Source: an uncultured Candidatus Solibacter sp.
GTDB taxonomy: Bacteria > Acidobacteriota > Terriglobia > Bryobacterales > Bryobacteraceae
Assembly (NCBI GenBank): GCA_964478395.1
Contig: CAYZIX010000002.1
Span: 29,761-93,760 of the forward strand
DNA: 64,000 nt
Reading direction: 5' to 3'
Made by a program: the position numbers and the translations under genes. Positions within the stretch are counted from its first letter, which is position 1. Each line of letters begins with the position of its first letter. Shown piece by piece: positions 48,305 through 57,563 of this stretch. Under the pieces are notes generated by a model. It saw only the letters and a program-made list of their open reading frames with translations. It was not told where the DNA came from and did not search any database.

Positions 48305-48640
48305 CGGACGTTTGTAGAGAATCTTCCTCACCATCTGAATGAGTTAGCGCAAATCACCCGGGCGTCGGGGCAACACGTCGGCGAGAAAAGACTCTGGAAG
48401 GAGTGCTGTCGGGAAGATGCTCGAAGATAGAGACGCCGCCGGGCCCGCGGCCCGGTCAGAAAAATTCTGCAATTTCCAGGATCAGCCGCCACGCATTGAT
48501 TCCAGGCCGGTTAACCCCATTTTCCAGCCTGGAAACAAACCTGGGCCGAACCTGCAACTGATTGATTCCATTAACTCACCGCCCAGGTTCGAATCAGCAA
48601 AAACGCCCCAACCCGGCCCCAATTCGCTCGAAATGGGGGG

Positions 48641-49375
48641 CTATGCCCCGGCCGTGTGCAGCGCCACCACGCCGAAGGTGTAGCGGCGGAACTGAACGCG
48701 CGTGAAGCCGGCGGCCTCCATTTCACGCGCCAATTCCGGAGCGGCCGGGAATTTTCTCACCGATTCGGGCAGATACGTGTACGCCTCGCGGTGGCCGGAG
48801 ATCAGGCCGCCAATCCAGGGCAGCACGCGCATGGAATAGAACGAATAGAGCGCGCGGAATAGCGCGTTGGGCGGCGTGGAGAATTCAAGGATCGCCAGCG
48901 TGCCGCCGGGCTTCAAGGCGCGGCGCAGCTCAATCAAACCCTGACGGTAGTTGGCCAGGTTACGGAAGCCGAAGGCGGCGGTGATCAGGTCCAGGCTGGC
49001 ATCGGCGAAGGGCAGATGCAGGGCATCGCATTCAGCCAGCGGCGCGCGCGGCAGCTTGCGCGCGGCCTCCACCAGCATGGGGTGGCAGAAATCGCCGCCC
49101 AGGACCAGCGCTTGCGGATGGGCCTGGGCGCGCAGGGCGGCCAGCAGGTCGCCCGTGCCGCAACAAAGATCCAGCACGCGCGCATCGGGCCGCTCCAGAA
49201 TGGGGCGCAGGCGCGCGACGGTGCGCCAGCGCCAATAGCGGTCCACCTGAAACGAGAGGACGTGGTTCAGCAGATCGTAGCGCGAGGCGACGCGGCCGAA
49301 CATCTGGCGGACGTAGGCGGCGGCTTCGCGCTCGGTGGCGGCGCCGTGCGGCGTCGAGCCGCGGCCGGGCATCAT
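48641..49375 (-). CDS. menG: UbiE/MenG demethylmenaquinone methyltransferase
   Basis: MFGRVASRYDLLNHVLS, LDLCCGTGD, AFGFRN, LEFS, YLPESV. Confidence 0.92.
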   Translation of the reverse strand: MMPGRGSTPHGAATEREAAAYVRQMFGRVASRYDLLNHVLSFQVDRYWRWRTVARLRPILERPDARVLDLCCGTGDLLAALRAQAHPQALVLGGDFCHPMLVEAARKLPRAPLAECDALHLPFADASLDLITAAFGFRNLANYRQGLIELRRALKPGGTLAILEFSTPPNALFRALYSFYSMRVLPWIGGLISGHREAYTYLPESVRKFPAAPELAREMEAAGFTRVQFRRYTFGVVALHTAGA

Positions 49376-50445
49376 CGCAAAGTGGCCTCAATGGCGGCGC
49401 GCACCAGGAGCGGATCGATACCCGCCACGACTTCAGTGGAGCCGATGCCGGTGGCCAGCACGAAATGCACGCTGCCCTGGATGGTCTTCTTGTCCTTCAC
49501 CAGCCGCGCCAGCAGGGCATCGGCGCCGATGCCGTCCAGCGGCGGGAACGGGCCATAGGCGCCGATGACGGCCAGCATTTCGGCGGCCAGAGCGGCGTCC
49601 AGATGGCCGGTGAGGCTGGATAGATGGAGGGCGGCCTTCATACCGAGTCCGACGGCCTCTCCGTGCAGAAAGCGCGCGTAGGCGGTTTCGGCCTCGAAGG
49701 CATGGCCAACGGTGTGGCCGAAGTTGAGAATGCGGCGCAGGCCGGCTTCGCGCTCATCGGCCGAAACCCCCTCGGCCTTGATGCGGACGCTCTCGGCCAC
49801 CATCATCTCGACGGCGGCCGGCTGGCGCGCCAGCACGTGTTCGGACTGGGACTGCATCAGGCGGAACAACGGCTCCGACCGGATGATGCCGTGCTTCAGC
49901 ACCTCGAACAGGCCGGCGTGGTATTCGCGTTCGGGAAGCGTCGCGAGCACGTCCGGATCGGTGACGACGGCCAGCGGCTGGTGGAAGGCGCCAATCAGGT
50001 TTTTGCCGCTTTTCAAGTTGGCGCCGGTCTTGCCGCCGACGCCCGCGTCCACCTGCGATAGCAGCGTGGTGGGCACCTGGATAATGGGGATGCCGCGCAT
50101 GAAGATGGCGGCCAGGAAACCGCCCAGATCGCCGGTAATGCCGCCGCCAAAGGCGATGATTAGCGAGGAGCGGTCGGCGCCCTGCTCCACCATCTGCTCG
50201 GCCATGGCCTCCACCGACGCCAGGCGCTTGTTCTGCTCGCCGCCGGGAAAGACGATGCGGCTCCAGTCGCGGCCGGTCAGGGCGCGCTCGACGGCCGCGC
50301 CGTGCGGCTGCCAGACGTCGGCGGTGGTGACAACAAAGATGCGGCCGGCGCGGGCTGGGATAAACTCGGCCAGGCGAGCCAGCGCACCCCGCTCGACCAC
50401 GGCCGGATAATGGCGGGATGCCGTCTCAACGGCGAAGGTGGGCAT
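49372..50445 (-). CDS. aroB: 3-dehydroquinate synthase
   Basis: GGGITGDLGGF, PTTLLSQVDAGVGGKTG, KNLIGAFHQP, LNFGHTVGHA, LHGEAV. Confidence 0.96.
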   Translation of the reverse strand: MPTFAVETASRHYPAVVERGALARLAEFIPARAGRIFVVTTADVWQPHGAAVERALTGRDWSRIVFPGGEQNKRLASVEAMAEQMVEQGADRSSLIIAFGGGITGDLGGFLAAIFMRGIPIIQVPTTLLSQVDAGVGGKTGANLKSGKNLIGAFHQPLAVVTDPDVLATLPEREYHAGLFEVLKHGIIRSEPLFRLMQSQSEHVLARQPAAVEMMVAESVRIKAEGVSADEREAGLRRILNFGHTVGHAFEAETAYARFLHGEAVGLGMKAALHLSSLTGHLDAALAAEMLAVIGAYGPFPPLDGIGADALLARLVKDKKTIQGSVHFVLATGIGSTEVVAGIDPLLVRAAIEATLR

Positions 50446-50454
50446 ACTTCTTCG

Positions 50455-52002
50455 TTGTACCATGAGGGTATTCAACCTTTATCCGCAGCGCTAGAAACCG
50501 ACTACGTGGTCATTGGCGCCGGGGTGGCTGGCCTCAGGGCCGCCATTGAACTGGCGCCGGCGGGCCAAGTGTTGGTGATTGCCAAGGATGCGCTGAAAGA
50601 ATCCAACTCAGAGTACGCGCAAGGTGGCATTGCCTGTGCTCTTGGCGAAGACGACGACGTCAGCCTGCACGAGGCCGACACGCTTACGGCCGGCGACGGC
50701 CTATGCGATCGGGCGGCCGTGCACACGCTGGTGGGCGAAGGCCCGCAGGCGGTGCGCGAGCTGATTGCCTGGGGCACGCGTTTCGACCGCGTGAACGGCC
50801 AGTTGCAGTTTGCGCGCGAAGGCGCGCACTCGCGCAGCCGGGTGCTGCACGCGCAGGGCGACTCCACCGGGCGCGAAATTGCCCACACGCTCTATGAGGT
50901 GGCGGCCAAGCTCCCGAACGTCACGTTCCGGGGCTTTTCGGCCGTGGTCGACCTATTGATGGACCAGGGCCGCGTGGTGGGCGCGCTGGCGTTGAACGAG
51001 GCGACGGGCGAGTTGGTGCCGATCTTTGGCCGGGCCGTATTGCTGGCCACCGGCGGGCTGGGACACGTGTTTTCCGACACGACCAACCCGGATGTGGCCA
51101 CCGGCGACGGCGTGGCCATGGCGTGGCGCGCCGGGGCGCGGATCCAGGACATAGAGTTTGTGCAGTTCCACCCGACGGCGCTGCACATTGAAGGCGCACC
51201 GCGCTTTCTGCTGTCGGAAGCGCTGCGCGGCGAGGGCGCCAAGCTGATTGATGTGCGCGGCGAACGCTTCATGGTGGGCCGGCATCCGCTGGCGGAGCTG
51301 GCGCCGCGCGACGTGGTGGCGGCGGCCATCTATGAGCGGATCCGGGAGACCGGCTCCGATCATGTGCTGCTGGACCTCTCCTGGCGGGGCGAGGGTTTCG
51401 TCGCCAAGCGGTTTCCGCGGATCTACGCCACCTGCCTGAAGCATGGCGTGGACCTGGACCGGGAACCCGCGCCGGTGTGCCCGGCGGCGCATTATTCGAT
51501 GGGCGGCGTGTGGACCGGTCTGGACGGGCGAACCAGCCTGCCGGGCCTTTGGGCGGCGGGCGAGGTGGCTTCCGTGGGCGTACACGGCGCCAACCGTCTG
51601 GCGTCGAACTCACTGCTGGAAGGCGTGGTGTTTGGGCAGAGGGCGGCGCGGTCGATGATGGCCGGGGCGGCGCGGCCGGTGGGCCAGTGCGTGTGGAACG
51701 GCCTGGAAGCGCCCGAAGCCGGCACGGACGAGCTACGCAAGCTGGCCATGGCCGGCTGCGGGATTTTGCGCGACGCGGCGGGGCTCGAAAAGACCATCGC
51801 GACGCTCACGGGCTTGAAGAAGAGCATCGTGGAACGGCCGACGCGCGCGTTGGTGGAACGCGCCAGCGTGGCGACGGTGCTCGAATTAATTGCGCGCGCC
51901 GCGCTCGACCGGCGCGAAAGCCGCGGAGCACACCGCCGTGTGGACTATCCTAAGAAGGTAGATGTTTCCGGCCAACACTCCTCGCTCATCCGTTCCACCT
52001 AA
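50455..52002 (+). CDS. nadB: L-aspartate oxidase
   Basis: IGAGVAGL, SEYAQGGIA, EGAHSRSRVLH, VQFHPT, HYSMGG, HGANRLASNSLLE, ESRGAH; start codon uncertain. Confidence 0.93.
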   Translation: MYHEGIQPLSAALETDYVVIGAGVAGLRAAIELAPAGQVLVIAKDALKESNSEYAQGGIACALGEDDDVSLHEADTLTAGDGLCDRAAVHTLVGEGPQAVRELIAWGTRFDRVNGQLQFAREGAHSRSRVLHAQGDSTGREIAHTLYEVAAKLPNVTFRGFSAVVDLLMDQGRVVGALALNEATGELVPIFGRAVLLATGGLGHVFSDTTNPDVATGDGVAMAWRAGARIQDIEFVQFHPTALHIEGAPRFLLSEALRGEGAKLIDVRGERFMVGRHPLAELAPRDVVAAAIYERIRETGSDHVLLDLSWRGEGFVAKRFPRIYATCLKHGVDLDREPAPVCPAAHYSMGGVWTGLDGRTSLPGLWAAGEVASVGVHGANRLASNSLLEGVVFGQRAARSMMAGAARPVGQCVWNGLEAPEAGTDELRKLAMAGCGILRDAAGLEKTIATLTGLKKSIVERPTRALVERASVATVLELIARAALDRRESRGAHRRVDYPKKVDVSGQHSSLIRST

Positions 52003-52045
52003 TTTTGGTATTCGCGCCGGCACGGCCTTCGTGCTGGTTGCGGCT

Positions 52046-53230
52046 ATGGAAATCAAGCCCGCCAGCCCGGAAACGGCGCTGTGGGCCGCGCCCGCCATTT
52101 TGCTGGCCGCGATGGTGATTGCCTGGGCGGCCGAATCGGCGCAGTACTTCATTGCCCAGGGCTTCGCGCTGGCGATTCTGGCCTGGCTGCAAACCATGCC
52201 CGAGTTCGCCGTGGAGGCCGTGCTCGCCTGGCGCCAGCAGTCGCATCTGCTGATCGCAAATCTGACGGGCTCCTTGCGGCTACTGACCGGATTGGGCTGG
52301 CCGATGATCTACGCGGTGGCGGCGTGGTCGCACCGCCACAAATACGGCCGGCCGCTGAAGAGCATCCGGCTGGAAAACGAGCACGCCATCGAGGTATTAG
52401 CCCTGCTGGCGCCAGTGCTCTTCTGGGTGGTCATTTGGTTTAAAGGCGCGCTCACCGTGATTGACGCCGTGATCCTGGTTGTCATCTACGCAGCCTACGT
52501 CTGGATGCTCGCCAAGATGCCTCCGCAGGAACACGAAGGGATCGACGATCTGGACCGGGTGCCGCGCACGGTGGTGCGTATGCCGGCGCTTTGGCGGACG
52601 ATTTCGATTGTTGCGCTGTTCGCCTGCGGTGGGGCGCTGATCTACTACGCAGCCGAACCGTTCCTGGGAAGCCTGTTCGCCATCTCGGCGCTGGTCGGCG
52701 TGCCGGAGTTCGTGTTTGTGCAGTGGGTGGCGCCGTTCGTCAGCGAATTTCCGGAAAAGGTCTCGGCATTCCACTGGGCCAGGACCATCGAACGCGCACC
52801 GATGGCGCTGATGAACATGGTCAGCTCCAACATCAACCAGTGGACATTGCTGGCCGCCATGCTGCCCATCCTTTACAGCATTAGCCGCGGCTCGATGTCA
52901 CCCATCGTGTTCGACCGGCAGCAGGAGTTGGAGATTCTGCTCACCATCGGGCAGTCGCTGGTGGGCATGATCTTCCTCATCAACCTGGAGATGGACTGGA
53001 AAGAGGCGGCAGCACTGTTCGGACTGTGGTTCACACAGTTCATCCTCTCTCCAATCAAGCCGGACGAGACGCTCGTTGGCATCCTGGCTCACTACTCGCA
53101 CTCGGTGGTGGCGGCGGCTTACTTCATCTGGTTTGGCGTAGCGGTGGTGGGCATGGTGCGGCGGCGCGAGACGCCGGCGGCATTCACCGAGTTCCGCAAC
53201 TTGTGGCGGCAGTACGTGGCGCGCGCCTAG
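52046..53230 (+). CDS. Ca2+/cation (CaCA) antiporter family protein
   Basis: Alpha-1 repeat TMPEFAVE and alpha-2 repeat SEFPEK; about 10 TM segments. Confidence 0.85.
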   Translation: MEIKPASPETALWAAPAILLAAMVIAWAAESAQYFIAQGFALAILAWLQTMPEFAVEAVLAWRQQSHLLIANLTGSLRLLTGLGWPMIYAVAAWSHRHKYGRPLKSIRLENEHAIEVLALLAPVLFWVVIWFKGALTVIDAVILVVIYAAYVWMLAKMPPQEHEGIDDLDRVPRTVVRMPALWRTISIVALFACGGALIYYAAEPFLGSLFAISALVGVPEFVFVQWVAPFVSEFPEKVSAFHWARTIERAPMALMNMVSSNINQWTLLAAMLPILYSISRGSMSPIVFDRQQELEILLTIGQSLVGMIFLINLEMDWKEAAALFGLWFTQFILSPIKPDETLVGILAHYSHSVVAAAYFIWFGVAVVGMVRRRETPAAFTEFRNLWRQYVARA

Positions 53231-54828
53231 CGGGCAGTGGGATCCCAAAGATCGGCGCCGCGCAGGAAGAAGGACGGGGAATAAGCCTGCGCCTCCTTTT
53301 CCGTGAGCTGGTGCGACCAGGCAACACGGTTGGCCAGCTTCGCGCCCGGGCCGGTGGAGCCGAATTCCGCGAAATAGGCCGTCTTTTCATTGGCGGCGTT
53401 GCCCCAGTTGTCCCAACCCTCGGGCCGGATGTGCTCGCCCATCTCACAGTTGATGTAAACCACTCGCGAATAGGGCCGCCACGGGCGGCCGAGGAAGACG
53501 CCACGGCCGGTATTCTCCCCGATCAGACGGCAGTTGAGGAAAACATAGCCGGTGGGCGCATCGGCGACGGTGCGGCTTTCGGCCGCGATATAGCCCTGGC
53601 CCAGCGAGTGGATCTCGCAGTTTTCAAAGACAGCCGTGGCATTGCCGAAGATGAAGTCGACGTGGCCCTCAATGTAGCAATCCTTGTAGTACTGGCGGCC
53701 CCAGGCGGCGTAGAGAGTGTCCTGCCAGCCGAGGAAACGGCATTGGCGGAAGACGGCGCGGTCCGAGTAAATGTGTAGCGCCACGGCCTGCCCTCCGGGC
53801 CGCTGATCGGCCTTGAAGGTGTTCTGGAAGGTAATGTGCTCGGCTTCGAACTCATCGCCCTGCACATTCACGGTGGACGAAAGGAAGGTGCCACCAACGG
53901 TGAAAGCGGCCATCTCATAAACAATCACCGTGGTCTTCGCGTCGGAGCCACGGAAGGTGACGCGGGCGCGGTCCTTCGGCAGGCTGAGGCGCTCTCGGTA
54001 GACGCCGGGGCGGATGTCGATGATCAGACGCTGGCCCGGCTTCGGCTGCGGCGCGTGATCGATGGCGTACTGGATCGTCTTTGAGTCGCCGGAGCCGTCC
54101 TGCGCCACCACATAATGGATGGGCGCAGGCGCATCGTCACGCAGCAGCGGCTTCAGCGCCGGCTCAATACGCACCAACTCTTCCGCCACCATGCGGCCGA
54201 CGATGCGCTGGCCGCGCGGGCCCAGGTGCGTGGTGTCGGGCTTGCCGTTGACGCCGATGGGCGGGCCGAGTTCGAGTGAGCCCTTGGGGCCAAGCTGATC
54301 GGCCTGGCGGCGTGTCAACTCGTACATGTCGATCAGCGCGATGTTCTTCTCCGCAGCAAGACGGCGAACTTCTTCGACGAACGGAGCCAGACAGTCGGTC
54401 TTGCAGCGGCCCTGATCGTCAAAATTGCGCCGCACGATGGAGGTGACCAGCACGGGCGTCGCGCCGGAGGCGCGGGCCTCATCCACGTAGCGCAGCATGT
54501 TTTCGCGGTAAGTAGTTTTCGGATCGGTCTCGCGATCCGGGCCCTTGCCCGGGCAATCGTTATGGCCGAATTGAATGAGAACCAGGCGGGCGTGCAGATC
54601 GGCAACCGGCAACCAGGCGCCCTCGGCGCGAAAGCTCTTCGAACTGCGGCCGTTGCGGGCGAGGTTGACCACCTCAACCCCGGAGCCAAAGGCGGCGCGC
54701 AGGCCCGGCCCCCAACCGTTCTGTTCGGCCACTGTGGAGTCGCCGGCCAACGCGATGCGGATATCGTGACCGGGAGTCTGTGTCTGGGCCGACAGGACGG
54801 CCGCGCAGAACAGCAGGAGCAGGCGCAT
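53227..54828 (-). CDS. Fusion of SGNH rhamnogalacturonan acetylesterase-like (CE12) and pectin methylesterase (CE8)
   Basis: GDSTV, ARNGRSSKSF, QFGHND, DTTH; then QAVAL, WQDTLY, VDFIFG, LGRPW. Confidence 0.9.
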   Translation of the reverse strand: MRLLLLFCAAVLSAQTQTPGHDIRIALAGDSTVAEQNGWGPGLRAAFGSGVEVVNLARNGRSSKSFRAEGAWLPVADLHARLVLIQFGHNDCPGKGPDRETDPKTTYRENMLRYVDEARASGATPVLVTSIVRRNFDDQGRCKTDCLAPFVEEVRRLAAEKNIALIDMYELTRRQADQLGPKGSLELGPPIGVNGKPDTTHLGPRGQRIVGRMVAEELVRIEPALKPLLRDDAPAPIHYVVAQDGSGDSKTIQYAIDHAPQPKPGQRLIIDIRPGVYRERLSLPKDRARVTFRGSDAKTTVIVYEMAAFTVGGTFLSSTVNVQGDEFEAEHITFQNTFKADQRPGGQAVALHIYSDRAVFRQCRFLGWQDTLYAAWGRQYYKDCYIEGHVDFIFGNATAVFENCEIHSLGQGYIAAESRTVADAPTGYVFLNCRLIGENTGRGVFLGRPWRPYSRVVYINCEMGEHIRPEGWDNWGNAANEKTAYFAEFGSTGPGAKLANRVAWSHQLTEKEAQAYSPSFFLRGADLWDPTAR

Positions 54829-54851
54829 AAAGAGCCTCCCAATGAACGTGT

Positions 54852-54912
54852 GCGCTCCCTCACGGTCGCGCCTCAGTTGGGTATTTACCGAGACGCCACC
54901 GTGAAGGAGCGC
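54852..54912. repeat. REP doublet (inverted 23-bp repeats)
   Basis: GCGCTCCCTCACGGTCGCGCCTC (54852-54874) and GAGACGCCACCGTGAAGGAGCGC (54890-54912): inverted, 20/23 complementary. Confidence 0.75.
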
Positions 54913-54936
54913 ACCATAGCGAATCCTAAAACCGCT

Positions 54937-55584
54937 CTACTTCTTGGTCAAGTCGCGAACCAGAATATCCTTGAACTGCATGTGGCCCGCGCCGCCGGAG
55001 TGCAACTGCAAGGCGATGGTGCCGGTGAGGAACGGAGCGCGCGGATCGGTGAAATCGATCATCGGCACGCCGTTCAGGCGCGCGATGTAACGATTGCCGA
55101 TGACGGTGACCAGCATGTCGTTCCACTCGCCCGGACGCACGACGCTCTCATTTTCCGGAGCGGGCCAGACGATCCAGGCGCGGCCAAAGCCGTAGACGCC
55201 GCCGGTGTGGTGGCCCAGGTTGCAGTCGATTTCAAATTGCGCGCCCTGGCTGACGTCGGCCGTGCCGGGCTTGAAACGGGTGTGGAAATAAATGCCGGAG
55301 TTGCCGGTGCCAACGCACTTGAAGCGGACGGCGAATTGGAAATCCTTGTAGTCTGTCAGGGTTTCCAAGTACCCGTAGTTCTTGTCGACAGCGCGGCCCG
55401 TCAGAACGCCATCCTCGACGGTCCAGTTTTGCCCGCCGACATTGTTCCAGCCCGAGACATCCTTGCCGTTGAAAAGCTTGACCCAGTCCTCACCCGGAGG
55501 CGGGGTCCCCTTAGGCAGCTGCGCAAAGGCGCACGTCGAAAGCAGCAGTGAAAAAGCGAGAAGCGGCTTCATGGCACTCAGCAT
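54937..55584 (-). CDS. DUF1080 (3-keto-disaccharide hydrolase-like) secreted protein
   Basis: LFNGKDVSGW, GNSGIYF, FEID...TGGVY, GEWN, GTIALQLH, FKDI. Confidence 0.9.
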   Translation of the reverse strand: MLSAMKPLLAFSLLLSTCAFAQLPKGTPPPGEDWVKLFNGKDVSGWNNVGGQNWTVEDGVLTGRAVDKNYGYLETLTDYKDFQFAVRFKCVGTGNSGIYFHTRFKPGTADVSQGAQFEIDCNLGHHTGGVYGFGRAWIVWPAPENESVVRPGEWNDMLVTVIGNRYIARLNGVPMIDFTDPRAPFLTGTIALQLHSGGAGHMQFKDILVRDLTKK

Positions 55585-56894
55585 AGCGCGGCTTCGATGG
55601 CCTTGGCGATCAGATGCGCGCGAGCATCGACACGCCCGATCTCCGGACCTTCCACCATGACGCGCGCCAACGGCTCGGTGCCGGAGAAGCGGACCAGGAC
55701 GCGGCCGGCGGAGCCGAACTCGGCTTCAGTGGCATGGATTTCGCTCATCACCGCAGGCACGTCTTCGAGCGGACGCTTCACCTTGAAACGGACGTTCACC
55801 AGCCGCTGCGGATAGACCGTGAACCCGTGGGTGAGCGCTTCGAGCGTCTGCCCGCTTTCGAGCGCGATTCCGAGCACACACAACGCGGTGAGCAGCCCGT
55901 CGCCGGTGGTGGCATAGTCGCGAAAAATGACGTGGCCACTTTGTTCGCCGCCAATGGGGAGATCCGATTTGAGCATCTCCTCGATGACGTAGCGGTCACC
56001 CACCGTGGTGCGGATCAGCTCCATGCCATCGGCCTCCAGCGCGCGCTGAAAACCGAGGTTCGACATGACCGTGGCCACCACGGCGCGCGGGCGGAAGCGC
56101 CGCGCGGCAATCAGCAGCGCATGGTCGCCATCCATGATCTTTCCCGCCGCCGAGACCAGGATGCAGCGGTCGGCATCACCATCAAAGGCAGCGCCGAAAC
56201 GCGCGCCTTCGGCCGCCACCCGGCGGCACAATGCGTCGACATGCAGCGCGCCACAGTCTTTATTGATATTGACCCCGTCGGGCGCGCAGGACGTAGCCAC
56301 CACGTCCGCGCCCAGGCGCGTGAAAAGCGCAGGGCCAATGCGCGAGGCCGCGCCGTTAGCGCAATCGAGCACCAGGCGGGCGCCGGCGAAACCGGCATGG
56401 AAGGTGGAGGCCAGATGATCGGCATAGAGCGAGCCGCAGGCCGGATCGATAGCGAGTTCACGAGGCTCAGGAGTAAGATTCTGAGCCTTCAGCGCGAAGA
56501 TGCGTTTTTCCAGTTCGTGCTCGGTGGCATCGGGCAGTTTGAAGCCGGAATGATCAAAGACCTTCAGTCCATTGTCGCGATAGGGATTGTGGGAGGCCGA
56601 GATCATCACGCCGGCCACGAAATCGCCGGTGGAAGTGAGGTAAGCCACGCCGGGCGTGGTTGTGACGCCGGCAAAAGAGACGGTGACGCCAGCACGCGCC
56701 AGCCCCCCGGCAACCAGCGCGGCCAGCTCCGGGCCGGACTGGCGCGTATCCATCCCGATGACGACGCGTGGATTGGTGTGATGTGCTACCCATTCGCCCA
56801 GCGCGGCGCCGAAGGCAGAGACGGTAGCGGCATCCAGCGGCGGCTGGCCCGCCACACCGCGGATGCCGTCCGTGCCGAAGAGTTTTCTAGGCAT
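55578..56894 (-). CDS. glmM: Phosphoglucosamine mutase
   Basis: FGTDGIRG, MISASHNP, FDGDADR, GGEQSGH, RFSGTEP. Confidence 0.96.
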   Translation of the reverse strand: MPRKLFGTDGIRGVAGQPPLDAATVSAFGAALGEWVAHHTNPRVVIGMDTRQSGPELAALVAGGLARAGVTVSFAGVTTTPGVAYLTSTGDFVAGVMISASHNPYRDNGLKVFDHSGFKLPDATEHELEKRIFALKAQNLTPEPRELAIDPACGSLYADHLASTFHAGFAGARLVLDCANGAASRIGPALFTRLGADVVATSCAPDGVNINKDCGALHVDALCRRVAAEGARFGAAFDGDADRCILVSAAGKIMDGDHALLIAARRFRPRAVVATVMSNLGFQRALEADGMELIRTTVGDRYVIEEMLKSDLPIGGEQSGHVIFRDYATTGDGLLTALCVLGIALESGQTLEALTHGFTVYPQRLVNVRFKVKRPLEDVPAVMSEIHATEAEFGSAGRVLVRFSGTEPLARVMVEGPEIGRVDARAHLIAKAIEAALC

Positions 56895-56897
56895 GTT

Positions 56898-57563
56898 CTA
56901 TTTCCGCCCGGCCGGCGCGGCGTCGTGCTCCAGGGTGATACGCAGCGTGATGGAGGGCGCGGTGGTGAAGTAGACCTGCGGATCACCGGAGACGGCTGTC
57001 GTGCGAATTTCGGCGCCCGGCTGCAGCGAGCTCAGGTCGACCGGATCGGTTTCCACCCGCTCCAGCGCGTTAACGCGGCTGCGCGGACCGGCCAACGTCA
57101 AGGCCGGCGGAAGAATCTGGCATGAGGCGACGTGCATACCGGCGGGCAAGTCAGAAAAGCGAACCACCACCGGCAACTGGCGTGTGATGCGCATCTCACT
57201 GCGCACCTGGATCTGGCCGGGGTTGGCCCGTTCGAGCACAATACCAGCGGGCAACGAGACGTTGCGGCGATCCAGGGTGAATGTCGTCTGCCCGGAAGAG
57301 CGCAGGCCGGCGAGGTCCAGAACCACCGGTATGTGCGCGGCAGTCAAGCGCGACAACTGCGGCGCCGGACCGCGCAAGATCAGATGAACCTGCTCGACAA
57401 TGCCCGAGCTAATTTCGATGTCCTTGGGAATATTGCGGTACTGCACCGGCACGGAGATGGACATGGTGAGCTCGCGCGCGCCGGAGTAGGCCAGCCACAG
57501 GGCAAAGGCGGCCGCCACGGAAAACAGTTTGAGCCCGAAATTGTGGGTGATGACGCGAATCAT
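56898..57563 (-). CDS. cdaR: CdaR/YbbR-domain diadenylate cyclase regulator
   Basis: NFGLKLFSVAAAFALW anchor plus two YbbR-like repeats; lies between cdaA and glmM. Confidence 0.85.
   Translation of the reverse strand: MIRVITHNFGLKLFSVAAAFALWLAYSGARELTMSISVPVQYRNIPKDIEISSGIVEQVHLILRGPAPQLSRLTAAHIPVVLDLAGLRSSGQTTFTLDRRNVSLPAGIVLERANPGQIQVRSEMRITRQLPVVVRFSDLPAGMHVASCQILPPALTLAGPRSRVNALERVETDPVDLSSLQPGAEIRTTAVSGDPQVYFTTAPSITLRITLEHDAAPAGRK

Noticed and set aside
48586-48595. GGTTCGAATC, resembling a tRNA T-loop or att site
   Set aside because: Flanks do not form the T-stem or acceptor stem; no cloverleaf.
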